64,000 nucleotides of DNA from Phaeosaccion multiseriatum. Lineage: Eukaryota > Protista > Ochrophyta, other classes. Location of the stretch: assembly GCA_965112735.1 (NCBI GenBank), contig OZ218951.1, positions 992,001 to 1,056,000 of the forward strand. The letters are read 5' to 3'. The notes under the pieces are model-generated. The model made no database searches. It worked only from the letters and a program-made list of their open reading frames with translations, and was not told the origin of the DNA. The position numbers and the translations under genes were made by a program. Shown one piece after another: positions 36,036 to 49,344 of this stretch. Position 1 is the first letter of the stretch. The number at the start of each line of letters is the position of its first letter.

Positions 36036-36858
36036 GTTCTCCCTTGTCTTCGACGCTGGGAAGTGAGTGTACGACGGTGAGGATGCGGGGCTGGAAGAGG
36101 AGCAGCAGCTAGCTGCAGCAGCTGCAGCAGCACCGGCAAGGCTGTGAGAGGCAGGAGGGCACGTAATTTTTTTTTGTTGATTATTGGCAGGAGGCATGAA
36201 TGTCTAGTCCCAACCCATTTTCTACCATTTACGCAAGGGGAGACAGGCAAGAACTTACCAGCAGCAGCTAACAAAGGTCTTGAGGAGCCGAATATCCAGG
36301 CTTACTTCTTACTCTTTGCTGTGAAGGGAGAATGAGGCGCGATAAGGTCGTCGGGAAGTCGGGGTGCGGGGAAGGGGGAGCGTAATGCCGCAACGGAAAC
36401 CTCTGGATGGCACCTGATGGCCCAAACTAGTTTGGCGTCCATTTTATTTTTTTAAAGTGCCCCTCTCTTGCCTCTTGTCTGTTCCCTACCGCACCCTTAC
36501 TCAGGATGGGTCGTGCATGACCCTCCTCTCTCTCTGTCCTCGTCGTGGTAGGCCTTTGCATTCCATCGGGACGGACACGACATTATCTAAAGTCTCCCTC
36601 TCGCGACAACTGCCAAGTCGCCTTGACGGTGACATTGCGCGACATTGCCGCTCCCTCACATAGCAACATGTGCTGAGTGTCCAGAACGGGCCCTAATCCG
36701 TTTATACTCCTCGCGCTGGGAAGGAAGGAGGCTTGGGCCCGGAGGAAGAATAAGCGCGAGATTGGACCGATTCACCGAGGACTCTGCGCTTCACGCTGTA
36801 ACGTAGCCTTCAGCGTCTCCCGCCGGCTTGCGTTCTTTCTCCCACCTCGGGGGATACC

Positions 36859-37712
36859 ATGGGTCGTCGGCAGGTGGCTATCGAGCCTGACAAGGCAGAG
36901 GAGCAGGCGCGCGAGAGAGAGCGGAGGAAGCACTTCATGCTAGGCAGGCTGAACGACGGCATGGCCTTCCTACGAAGGTCCTACAAAATGGAAGAATGGT
37001 GAGTGGGGACGGAGGCTAGCTGGCTAGCTGCCTGGTTGTGATGGAGGGGCGCGACGTTCGCTCATGGCTTGACTTGCTGGGAGAGGTGGAGAGTTTCAGC
37101 AGAAGGAGTGCAAGAATGTGATTTTATCGAGAGGCTCTCGAGGCTGTGGCGTGTGAGCCTGCCGTCCGCACCTTGGCTGGCTTCCTACAGGATGAAAGGA
37201 GGGGGGAGGGAGAGAGAGGGAGCCAATTGTCCTGCCCGCCTGCATGGGCTGTCTACCATTTCACTATCAGTCAACTACTTATCGATGGGATATCATACCC
37301 TCCTCTCATTAAAAAACCTCTCGCACACAGCTCAAGACTGCACTCGAGGGACGCGTCTTCCTTCCCCTGCACCGATGTTGTCACTTGGAGCCAGAGCCAT
37401 GGCTTCCAAATGGCAAAGAGGGGCGAGGGACAGAGCGCCCATTCAGAGGGTAAGTCGCTGCGGTGTTAACCTCCTTGTAACTAGAGGATTCGTCCGTATG
37501 ATCAGTCGTCCCTTGAGCTGACTGCTCCGGGACTGCTCAGGGCGAAGAGCCTCTGGGGGAAGGTTAAGTCAAAGAGCAGTCACTCAGTGAATGGACTGTC
37601 GCAATGTTCTCCTCACTACACAACTGCGCTTCTGTTGGTACGTTTGTTGTGCTGCTTCCCTCACACTTCACCACAGCCCTTGCTAAACTACACCTGGAGC
37701 AGCGACGAGAAG

Positions 37713-37750
<38 letters not shown>

Positions 37751-38764
37751 CGTGGTAGCCAACCTAGAGGGAGGGAGAGGGCAGGAAGAGCAAACAGGGC
37801 TTGTCTATCGGACACAGAGACAGGGCAGTAGCAGCAGTTTCGTAGAGGAAGGAGCACAGCGACTCTGGATAAGGCGGCAAGTCGAGAACATAGGGAGTTC
37901 GAAGTTATGGGTTGGTTTTAACCCTCACTCTCTTCTGCTCCTGAGAAACACACATATACTCATCAATGCGTCTCAACCTCTAAGCCTCCTCCTCCTCTGC
38001 CTCTCTGCTGCAGTACGCGACCCGAAACGCTCGTACAAATCTCTAAACCTTGACACCTGCTCCTCCCTTGCCGCTCTGCTGCAGTGGCCGACCATCGAGT
38101 GTGTCTGAACAGCCTCGCATCGAAGCGCCGGAGCCTTGACACAGAGATCGAGGCCACGCAGAGAGCTTTGGACGAGCAGCAGAGGCGCCAAGAAGAGGGG
38201 CCCAAGTGCAATCAGGAAGGAGGACCCAACATGGTTAGGGCGACGTCCTACAGGCACTATCCGCCCAGAGGTACAGGGTGTGTCTGTGCACGTACCTGAA
38301 CACCTCTAGTGTGCACTCAGGTCCCATAAGCCATCGTTGCTACCTTGAGTACCCACCCACCGACCTACCTACCTATCTACCTACGTATGCACGTACCTGC
38401 CTACTCCCGTCTCTGTTCGACTTCCTGACATCCTCACCCACTCCTCACTCACCTATCTCTCTTGTTTTGCCTCGGATCGTGTTTATTGATTGGTCACACA
38501 GATCGAGCAGCAACAGTACCAAGACCACATCACCGAGTAGTACGCGGGAGCAGCAGGAGGAGCAGTGGGTGTGAACGTCTGCCTCCTCCCTCTGCTCCCG
38601 ATGCCCGCCGGTCAGAAGGACTTTTCTCCTACGAGAAGTGCCTCGGGCCTGTTGCCCCTACCGGGAGGATTGGAGAAGTGCCATGTCAGGCCCATCACGA
38701 GAGGATCATTCAAAACCACATCGACCCTCGCATGTTCACTCTGCCAGGCTTGGTGTTGGAGTAG
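36859..38764 (+). CDS. Hypothetical small coiled-coil protein, multi-exon, internal structure unresolved
   Basis: Exon MGRRQVAIEPDKAEEQARERERRKHFMLGRLNDGMAFLRRSYKMEE ends in a GTGAGT donor. Later coding-like segments read SKRRSLDTEIEATQRALDEQQRRQ and ...AHHERIIQNHIDPRMFTLPGLVLE*. Confidence 0.45.
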
Positions 38765-39748
38765 AGAAGACTAGGGCGAGCAAGCCTCACTCGGGTCTGT
38801 CTCTCTCTCTCTGTCTGTCTTCTGTCTCTCTCTCTCTCTTGGAGACGAGGGGATTCGAAAACTCGACTGATTTGATAGAGGGAGAGAGGAGTCCTGAAGA
38901 CCCTCCCTCGCTCGGAGCGACGGGGTTTGAACTCTCACCTAGCTAGTGAGAGGAAGGGAAGGGAAGATAGGAGGGCTGGGTCCTTCACTTAGAGGAAGGG
39001 AAGGGAAGAGAGGAGTGGGTCCTGGCTGAGACTGGCAGCTGAGTAGTGTGCGTTCGTGCACGCACGTTGCGCACTCTTTCTTTCAAAGAAGAGCGAGACA
39101 ACCACCAATCGATACCAAAGATGCAGCCACAGAGAGGTCAAAGAGAGAGAGAGAGAGAGAGAGAGAGTGGAGGCCCGGAGCCCCGCGTGCTGTCTGTCCG
39201 TCTCTGCAGGAGCGAGGAACGGCACATACACATGAACGGAGAGCACGGAAGGGAAGGGTTCCCTGCCTACTCTTGCTTCACGCTGTCACTGGGCTTGACT
39301 GTTGACTGGGGAACTTTGCTGAGGGGGTGCTCGTAGTACATCCGAGGACGGAGCACGTTTGGCAATCTTTGACATGCTGGAGCCGCAACATCGATCAGGG
39401 AATCCTCTCGCGATTCCATCTAGTGGGCGGGTTGGTATCGAAAAAGCAGCAAGAGCAGCAGCAGCAGATGGTGATACAGCAGGAGCAGGAGCATCTTGCT
39501 GAGGGGATTTTTAGCTTAGAAGTACAATTAATTAGCACGAATAAGAAACACTCGTGTATTTTAATTTATACACACACCTGCTTGTGCTGGGCAACTACAA
39601 AACTGCCAAAAAGTCCCCTCCCACCCCCCCCCCCCCCCCTCAAAAACTGCACACTGTGAACTTTTTGTATGTACAACACACTCACCCACCCCAATTTTGC
39701 CCCCGCCCCTCCCCGCTTCAGATGCAGATGGCACCTTGCGGCAGAGAC

Positions 39749-40712
39749 TCACTCATCGCCTGGTGGGGTAGGGACGCTGGTGGGTAGGCTCATCGCGACA
39801 GGCACGTATCTTTTACACTTCCCGCCCTGCTGTTGTTCCTGCCGACGTCGCTGCTCTTCTCTCTGCTCCAGCTGCCTTTCGAAGGACCATCCCGGCTCGC
39901 CCTCCTCACCCTCGGCTCGGGGTGCTGTACGAAGCGCTGCCTCCCTCGCGGCTGTTCCCTTCGCTACCAGGATCCCTCCTGCTCCTCCTCCTGCTGCTGC
40001 TGCTGCTACGGATGCGGCAAGAACGCTCTCCTCGCTTTCGAACTCGAATTTACCCTTTCCGCGCTGCTTCTCCTTCCTCTCCTCCTCCTCACACTGGACC
40101 AAGTACCCCAATAGGGGGCGAAGCTTCAAGCCATGGTCTCTCAACATCTGACGCGTCGCCAGCGCAGACCACTTGCGGTGTGGGGCACACAGCCAGGCCA
40201 CACACCGAGCCACGTACGTATGCTTACGTAACCCCAGAAGGTGGGCAGCCGCAAGGCACCGGACCCCAACCAAGTGCACCAGCTCCGGCGGCTCCACCGT
40301 GCCCCCTTCCCTCCACCAATCTGGCGTTCGAAACCACTTGGGGGGCAGCACCTGCTCGGGAAGGCAGTCAATGGGCACGTCCACTAAAGCTTGGGCGAGG
40401 CACTGCTGCTCCGGGTCGGGCGGCCCGGCGGGGAAGAGGAGGCATGTGCGATTGGCGCTCGCAGGCCACAGAGGTGGGGTTTTGGTGTGTCCTGATATAG
40501 AATAAGGTCGGGGAGGAGGAAGAAGAGGAGGAGGAGGAGGAGGAGGAGGAGGGGGGGGGGGGGGGGGGAGGAGAGGGGGGGGGGGCACACGAGTGTGAGG
40601 AGAGGAGGGCGTATAGAGTCAGTCAGTCAGTCAGTCAGTCAGTCAGTCAGTCAGTCAGTCAGTCGGTCGGTCAGTCCGTCAGTCAGACAATCAGACAGTC
40701 AGTCAGTCAGTC

Positions 40713-40744
<32 letters not shown>

Positions 40745-40804
40745 AGTCAGTCAGTCAGTCAATCAGTCAGTCAGTCAGTCAGTCAGTCAGTCAGTCAGTC
40801 AGTC

Positions 40805-40837
<33 letters not shown>

Positions 40838-41356
40838 GTCAGTCAGTCAGTTAGTCGGTCAGTCGGTCAGTCGGTCAGTCGGTCAGTCGGTCAGTCTTGC
40901 AGTCAGTCCTTGCTCCTGCGGCAGACAGATAGACAGACAGCAATGGACGACGGAGAGCTTTCCAAGCCTCCCTGCTCACTCACTCACGTACCCGCAGTAC
41001 CACCGCCCTCCTGCTCCTCCTCATCGTCATCGTCCTCCTCCTCCCCCTCATCGGCACCACGACCACCACGCCCGCCACCCCTTTCATCCTTGCCACTCTC
41101 GGAGTCGGAGTCTGACCCTCCCGAGGCTGAGGCGTACATGTTGACACTGGCAATCTGGCTCTGGGGCTGCGACACGGCGATGACATCATCGAACAGATGA
41201 CCGAACATACCCCCGTCTCCGCTGTCCTCGTCTTCTTCTTCCTCACTCTCGTCGTCTTGGTCGTCGTCATCATCTGCAAGCTCCTGCTTCAAGTGCTCCA
41301 AACCATGTTGTGGTTGCTGCATCTGCCTCTGCCGCTGCTGTGCTGCTGTGTCACCA

Positions 41357-41390
<34 letters not shown>

Positions 41391-44300
41391 TTGCAACATC
41401 GCTGCCGTTTCCATTGCCGTTACACTTTCTCCTCTTCTTCGCACTACCCCCATCGTTCTCCCTGCGTTGGGTGTCCCCATCGTCGCTGCCAACTGTGCCG
41501 TCCTCGTGGTCATCAAAGGTATCGATTCCCCCGTCAGCCAGGCCGTTATGCTCCTCTTCTTCCTCCTCTTCCTCCCCTCCCTCCTCCTCCTCCTCCTCCT
41601 CCTCCTCCTCCTCCTCCTCCTCCTCCTCCTCCTCCTCCTCCTCCTCCACTTCGTCCTTCCCCTGCTGCTGTGGCGAATCCAAACCCTTCTCCTCAGTCCA
41701 CTCTCGATCGGAGCCCTGTGGCCCAAAGTAGAACACCACCCCTCCATCCGCATCCTCCTCCTCCCTATCCTCGCGCCCCCATCCACACCGCTCGGTGGGC
41801 ACCAAGTGCCCGTCCTGCCCCTGCACACGAAACCTCCCCTTCGCCATCAATTCGAGTGGGCGTAGAGTAGTGCGTCGCCCGCTACTCTCGACTCTAAGGC
41901 CGGGGTTGTGTCTATACTTACGGACTCGCTTCTTCTTGCCCCCTTGCCCTGTTCCTTCCTGCTCCTGCTGCTGCTCCTGCTGCTGCTGTTCTTGGCCGCC
42001 GGGGGCTCCCTCTTTCACGTTTTTAGCCGGCCTTCCTCTCTTTCTTCTCCCTCCCCCTGCCCCTGCCGCTCCTGCTCCTGCTCCTGCTGCGGATGCTGCT
42101 GTATCACCAACTGTTGCCCCTCCTTGGTGCGGCTCGTCCTCTTCCTCTTCACAAAAGAATCGATTGCCGTGCAACAGCTCGACTTTCTTGAAGAGCAATC
42201 TGTCCAGCAACCTCGGAGGGACCTTTCCAGCCCGCCAAGCCTTCGTTTCAGCCCCCATCCTGGCCATTTCGGATTTTGTAGCAGCCCCCTCGCCCCCCTC
42301 TCCTTCCCCACCTCCTCGTCGTCGTCCTCTTCCTCCCCCTCCTCCTCCTCCTCCTCCTCCTCCTCCTCCTCCTCCTCCTCCCCCTTCGCTCGCCTGTGGC
42401 AGCTCGTCAATCGGCCAGCTTCCCTTCTCGAACAACACCGAGTCCCACCAATCGATGCCCAGCCCTCTCAGCGCCGGGTGTAGTTGACCTTCCTCTGCGG
42501 CCATGGTACTTGTGGCAGAGGCAGACACAGGCATCTGCCTACTCCTCTTGAGCTGCACTCTCAGAGGCCCAAGCAAGAAGCAGAACATGTCCCACAGGGA
42601 GACGGTGGCCATGGTGGGGCGGTGCACACAAGCAAAGTGCTCGAGCTGCCGAACCACGGCACGAAGCAATTCTCTCTTGGACAGTAAACGCGTGCAATTC
42701 TGCATCTGCTGCCGCTGCTGTTGTTGCTGTTGTTGTATCACCACCTGCTCCTCCTCCTCGTACCAGCGTTGAAAGACCCTCTGCAGAGGCCGATGGTCCA
42801 GGCAGTCCTCCCGCAGCCACCCCAGCGCAGCTCGCCCCCTCGCCTCCGTATCAAAGGGCTGGAACTCGTCCAGAAATAGAGTCAGAAGCTCGTGGGCCTT
42901 CGCACGAGCACCCCTTCCTCCTCCTCCTCCTCCTCCTCCTCCTCCTCCTCCTCCTCCTCCTCCTCCTCCTCCTCCTCCTCCTCCTCCTCGTCCTCCTCCT
43001 CCTGCCGCTGCTGCTGCTGCTGCTGCTCTTTCTCCAGCTCCTCCATCCACTCTTGCCGCAACAGCCGCCTCCGCCTCCTCCACCTGTTTCCTAAGCAAGC
43101 GGAACGCGCCTTCCTCGTCCCCCAATCCCACCAGCACGGCAGCCAACAGCCCGGCCACTGCCGCCCTTTCCCACACCTTGACACGTGTCAGCGCACCGAG
43201 GAAGAACTTTCGAGACTCTCTTAACAGCTCCAAAGTCCGTCCAGAGTGATGAACAACATCCGCCCTTGTGCTTCTCTTCCTCTTCCTCTTCCCGCTGCTG
43301 CTACTACTCGGCGAAGAGTATTCCGTCGTCGTTCCTCTTTCTCTGCCAGTGTCGGTGTCTGCATTGTTGTCGTTCCTCGGCTGCAAACTCCTGGCCACAG
43401 CAAGCGGGTTGCGCAGATCTGACACCACTTCATCCAGCCCCTCCCCCGCCCGCCCCCCACCGCCACCATCCCCACCAGCAGCAGAAGAATCGGGCAGATC
43501 GGAATCGGACGTGCGGCCCGTACTCTTGTTCTTCTTCTTCTCCTTCTTCCTCTGCTTCCGCCCCTCCCGCACTCTCTCCTTCCGGAGCTCTGCCAGTGCC
43601 ATGAGGAGCGTGACTGCGGCGAGGTAGGACTGCACGCGTGAGTCGTCAGGGATACGCGTCTTTCTCTCTCCGAGCTGCTCGAGCTCCCTCCGCGCTTCCT
43701 CATACCTTGGGGCCACGGGGAGGAAGAGGGGGAGGCGGCGGCGGAGGAGGAGGACCATCATACATACGGGGTCACACGGGTTAGAAAGAGGAGCCGTTTG
43801 CGTCGGTTGTGCTGCTGGATATCAAAGACGGACCGAGAGCAGAGCGAGGAGAAGACGCCTCAAACCAATCCCCAGACGAGGCAGGCCTCTTGCTCTCCCC
43901 CCCCTCGTTCTTGTTCGTTCTCTTTGTCTCCCCTTCTCTCCTCCCTCCCTCCCTCCCTCTGGTCGAGCTCAGTCTCTCACCTCCCCTCGTCCACCAAGTA
44001 CTCCACAAAGTTAAAGAGGATGGGCAGGCCCTCCGCAACGTGCGTGTTTTGGATGCTTCTCAGCTTGAGGTTAATGAGGCGTCGGAAACCCCTTGATATA
44101 AGCAGATCGTCGCCCGTGAGGCGCAGCAGCAGCACAGTGGCCCTGTAGACCTCGGGGTCGAGACTGTTATTGACGCGGTGCATGGTGGCAAGGAGGCGGG
44201 CAGCAGCGGCATAGTCGTGTGCTGCCATCGCCAACTGTGAGAGGGGCGTGTGAGACAGGTGTTGAAAGGGGGGCAGGGGAATGTGAGGGTGGGAGTAGTG

Positions 44301-45405
44301 GGCAGGCCGAGCGAGCGAGAGAGAGGGAGAGAGTCTCAACCAACGGAGGGGACGAGTGTGTGTGCATGTGGCTTGAGCACCAGGGAAGGATGTTATACTT
44401 CACCCCCCCCTTGCTCCCTCTACGTGTATGGAAGTGGGTGCTCCTAGCCCTGCCTGCCCAGGGCACGTGTCTGTCGCTGTTCTTGATGATCTCCCCCCCC
44501 ATCCACTGCCATCCCCCATCCCCCACGCTGACTAAATGTACTTCACTTGCCTGGAGCAACCTCTTGAGATTCTTGGTGTGCAAGCGCTCAACGTTGAGCG
44601 AAGATCCCAGCTTGTCGTATTGGGAGGAGGGGGCGTTGGCCGGGGTGGGAAGCAGCTGATATGGCGTGAAGCTTGAGGCTCCGGTCTGGAAGTCCTGGAC
44701 CTGGAGTAAAGTATTGCAAAGGGTAGGGGTTAGGGCGAGCAGGTCCATTGGACAATTCGATTGTGGGGTTGAAATAAAAAGGGGCAGAGGAGTGGCGAGA
44801 GACGCAAGCTGTAGAGGAAGGAAGAAACGAAGGAAGGAGGGGGGGGGGTAGGGGGGAAGGCCAACACATACTATTTCTTGAGATTTTCAGGTGGAGGAAG
44901 CAGCAGCAGCGGATACTACACTTGCCTCAGCATCTAGCGTGGGCCGGAAGCCCAGCTTGGCGAGCTTGACGTCCCTCCTCCCCTCCAGCTGGGAAGGGAC
45001 GGCCATGGGCATCCACTTCTGCCCCAGATAGAACTCCTCCAGCGAGGTGAGTACCTCGGCCTCGGCCACCGCCTCCTCCCCATCTGCTGCGGCTGCTGCG
45101 CCGCGGGGGCCTCGGCCATTCTCCTCTTCGTCGTTCTCATCTTCCTCTACCTCTCTCGGAGCGGCAGAGGCCACGGCAAAGAGTCGTGGCTCCTGCTTCT
45201 GCTGATGCCCCGCTCTGGCATCCTCGTCATCACCATCACTAGAGTTAGGGTCTTCTACCTTAAGCGGCGGCTTCTTCTTCTTCTCCTTTTCCTTTGTTTT
45301 CTTCTTCTGCTGCTGCTGGTGCTGCTGCCCTTGAGAGCTGTCCTGGCTTCTGCTCTCCTGCGGCTGCTGAGAGGCCGAGCCGTAGATGAGGTCTCTCAGA
45401 TCCAT
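39749..45405 (-). CDS. Large low-complexity helical protein, possibly an Rrn11/TAF1A-like RNA polymerase I initiation factor, multi-exon
   Basis: ORFs 45405-44887, about 44700-44548, 44233-43981, 43703-40990 and about 40400-39749 are bounded by plausible splice sites. LHTKNLKRLLQ|LAMAAHDYAAAARLLATM...DPEVY loosely resembles the Rrn11 N-terminal pattern. The gene is likely real; the family call is weak. Confidence 0.5.
40617..40906. repeat. (AGTC)n/(AGAC)n compound microsatellite in an intron
   Basis: Visible directly in the sequence. Confidence 0.95.
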
Positions 45406-45633
45406 GCGGGAGCCCTGAGAAGCAGGGCGGCAGCCGCCTTGATACTAATGGCAAGCGGAGGCCGGCGCCATCGGCCGGGCTTGCATAAACCGAGGCGATC
45501 CCGAGGCTCTCCTCTCTGTGCCCGTGTTGGTGCTCCAACTCCTCACAGGCCAACTGCTCTCTCCGCTTGTGAGACGATTTGGATTGTTGGATTGTCATCA
45601 TGCGTTGTAGAAGAAGGTGACCAAGCATCAGTC

Positions 45634-46870
45634 ATGCGTGCCGTCGATTCTCCTCCCTCTTATCAAGAGGACGAGCTCGGGATGCCCGAGCTGGAGGCGA
45701 AGGGAAGGGCCATGCAAGGCATCATGGACGAGATGGGGCTCGCCGGTCTCATCTTGACGGTGCACTGCTGCGGAGCGGGTCTATGCAGCAACCGAGAAGG
45801 GGTCGCAGTGATTCACGTGGAGAGTCACGACCACAGCCTCTGTGGTGATGCGTGGCTGAGCAGGAGCCAAGTGGAGACGGTGCTGTATCGAATCCGCCAC
45901 GCCAACGAGCGGGTGGGAGTGCTGTACGAGGAGTTAGAAGCAAATGAGCTTCTCCCAGCGGGCCTCAGTAGGTGGGTCTTCTCGCTGTAGTGTGTGCAAA
46001 GTTGTGGGCAGAGGCATAGCGAGAGAGACAGATGGATGACACAATTCCTTGCTTTCATGCGGGCGAGAAGCTTGCCCTTTCCCCTCTTGTGAGGATGCTT
46101 CACAAGCTAAACAGTGCCTATCCCCGTCTGTGAATGACATGGACTCTTTTTTATGCAGCTGGTGCGAAGTGGTGGGCGCTGCAGCTGCAGGCGACGCCTT
46201 CCCCGTGACTGAGCCGGCCGACCTGTCGGAGAAAGGGGCCAAGCAGCGCCAGGCTATTGATCGCCGGAGACAGCTCACAACCGCAGCCCTCCGCCTCGGA
46301 TACACAGAACTTCTCGTCTACAAGCTTGAAGAGAACGGGTGGGTGTGGCTGTGGCTGTGGGTGTGACTGTGGGACGAAACATGGACCGTACATCATCGTT
46401 TGTGTCTTTCGGCTCAAGCTCTGCCCGCCCCCCCCTTCTCTCCCTCCCTCCCGCCCTCCCTCCCTCCCGCCCTCCCTCCCTCCCTCCCTCCTCTCTCTCT
46501 CTCTCGCGCGCGCGCGTGCCCTCTCTCTCCGTCTCTCCCACCCACCTCTCTACCTCCCTCTCTCCCTCTCCCTCCCCCCCCCTTCTTCCCACCTGACGAC
46601 GACCATGACCAGACTCTCTCCGGAGGGCCTCAGCAGCGAACACACCGATGTGTTTCTCGACACTATGGACGTGGAGCTCGCTCCAGCGGCCCTCAGCGCC
46701 CTTGTCCAGCTCCATCCCCGGCAGGTGACGGCGGCCGAGCTCGCTGACTTTCTCCTCGTCGAGATGACAAGAGTCACGCTGAGAGCGGTCCAGCCAAGCA
46801 CCAAGGGGCGGGGGGGGGGCGACGGAGGAGGAGGAGGAGAGGGGGACTTGGATGAAGAAGATGGAGTGGG

Positions 46871-46903
<33 letters not shown>

Positions 46904-49115
46904 TGGGGAGGGCATAGGGAGAATTGTTCGCTTTCACCGCGAAATGCAACTTCGATGGACACCCAACGTGTCCAAGAGGCGGGGAGGCCCGTCGCCAAGT
47001 GGGGAGGAGGAGCAAGACTTTACGTTAGCAGACAGGATGCGCACAGATGAGCGCAGGAACAGCAGTGGTGGAGAGGGGGAGCAGTTGGTGATACAGCAGC
47101 AGCAGCAGGAGCAGCAGTGGAGTAGTGGAGTAGTCCAAGAGGATGGCATCGTGGGACGGGTCAGCAGCGACTACTATGGGGGTGAGGATGATGAGGAGGA
47201 CAAGGAGGAGAGGGGGGAGGAGGAGGAGGAGGAGGAGGAGGAGGAGGAGGAGGAGGAGGAGGAGGAGGAGGAAGAGGAGGAGGAGGACCTAGATGATAGC
47301 ATAGGGAGTATCGAGTCCGATGAGGCGGACGCCATCGCTGGAGGTGGTGGGGACACTTGGGTCCCGCAACACGACCCAACCATCGGAGGTGAGGACAGAT
47401 GGGTACCGCAACACCGCGACCCACCCAGCGGCGCTGGGCCAAGTCTGGTGGTAGCGCCATTAGGGGATAGTGCCGGCGCGGGAACGGGCGTTTTTGGAAC
47501 CGAAACTGAAACTCGGACTGCTGCCGCTGCTGGTGGGGAGGGAGATGGAGATGAGGATGAAGGTCACGGTATGCGCGAGGAGGACGGTGTTGTTGAGAGA
47601 GCGGAGGAGGAGGAGGAGGAGGAGGAGGAGGAGGAGGAGGGTGATGGTGGTGGGGATGGTGACGTCCCGAGAAGGAGGCGGGAGCACGTCTGTGGTAAAA
47701 GAGTCGGAGGGGAAGAGCGGGACCGATTAAAAGAGAAAGGGAGGGGGGCCGGGATCGACCTCCTGCCCGACGTTGTGCAGTTAGGCGACGAGGAGCGGGA
47801 TCGATTGAAAGTCGGGCTCGATATTTTCCATGCCTTCTGGACGGAGCAAACGACGTCCGAGCCCAGGCACAAGCACAAACGGGGGGAAGGGGAGGGAAGG
47901 GGGGACGGTGGAGAGACTTCGAGGCTCCAAACCCATCCGTTGTACGCTCGGCTTGTAGAGGCACATCGTCAAGGCCGTGCCGAGGCCGCCGCCGTCGCTG
48001 CTACTGATAGTAATGTTCCTCCCAGGCTAAGGCTAAGGCTAGGAGGAGGAAGAGGAGAGGGTGGGGGTGGGCTCCACACAGCCTGTACCGTGTTGGTGCA
48101 AGCAGCGCTGCGGGCAGAGCAGAGGGCCTTGGTGAGGGCCGTGTGGAGGTGGAGAGGAGCGGTGGCGGTGGGGACGGCCGTGGAGAGGGCGGTGGATGCT
48201 ACAGAGACGGAGTTCGAGCAAGTGTGTGAGAGGTACGTGCACCAAGGGGCGTGTGTGTGTGTGTTTGGGTAGGTGGGAGGGAGTATGAGTGTGTGCTTTT
48301 TTTCTCCTCAACTCTCTTCTGTCTCTCTCGGTGTGTGTATTGTGTGTGTGCGCGCGTGCAGACTCGTGGAGGAGGCGGAAGAGCGTTGCGAGGAGAGGCT
48401 GGCGTCAGCGCTGGAGGAGGCAAGGAGAGGTGAGAGAGGGAGAGAGACAGAGAGAGAGAGCAAGGAAAGAGAGAAAGGGAGAGATACATGCACAGAGAGG
48501 GAGAGGGAGATGGAGAGAGAGGGAGACACACACAGGGAGACAAACATACACAGAGGGGGAGATAGAGAGACGAGCAAGAGATGATCCTCCCCGGCCTGTG
48601 CGTGGGCCCTTGGCAAGGAAGAGGAAGAGGAAGGCGGGCCGCGTGTGGTTGCTGGCAGCAGTCTTCTCCCCTCTCTCTGTGCTTCGTCACCATTCCTTTG
48701 CAACAAACAAACTTACCGACTTTCCTCTCTCTCTCGCCGTCTCTCCCCCCGTCTTGCCTCTCTCTCCTTCCCCGCTTGGCGCCACCCCCTTTTCTGTCAT
48801 CACACCCTCCTCTTTTCCTCACTCCTTCATCACCACGCCACTCGAAACTCAAAAGTGGAACACTCCTTGGCTGAGGAGAATGCAAAGCTCCGGCGCAGAG
48901 TGAGCCAACTCCTCCTCCAGCACGGAAACGGACAGCAGGGCGACAGTGAGCCCGAGACGACTCACCATGAGCAGGAGGGGAGCGAGAGCAGCCAATCCAC
49001 CTCCCCCCTCGACAGCCCCGTTAAGGCAGATGTGCCGACGCCGATTGACGGGACGATAGGAGACTGTGAAGACATTAATGGTGGGGCATATCGAGACCGG
49101 GGGGCGTCGTTCTGA
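45634..49115 (+). CDS. Hypothetical acidic/coiled-coil protein, multi-exon, head-to-head with the preceding gene (about 230 bp between ATGs)
   Basis: Coding-like ORFs from MRAVDSPPSYQEDEL through the 46.6-48.2 kb exon with poly-E tracts, then LVEEAEERCEERLASALEEARR and SLAEENAKLRRRVSQLL. No family recognised. Confidence 0.55.
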
Positions 49116-49344
49116 GTCGTTTCGTCGTATAGTTTCTTGTTTTGTGTATATTTTATTCTGTTGGGCATGGTGTTGATAAGAATTAATTTGAAGGAGAAAA
49201 AGAGGGTGCCGTAGTTGGGTACTTGGGAAGGTAGGCGAAGCTCGCCACCAGGCAACTACTGTCACCAGAGGAAAGGAGCCTTCCTTACACCAACTAACGT
49301 AACGTGCTTTGCTTCTCTCTGCTCATAATGCACAACGCGGAAGA

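Noticed and set aside
35241-36080. 279-aa ORF antisense to RPE, and the many antisense or alternate-frame ORFs over the NRPS
   Set aside because: Shadow ORFs expected from GC-rich codon bias; no recognisable motifs.
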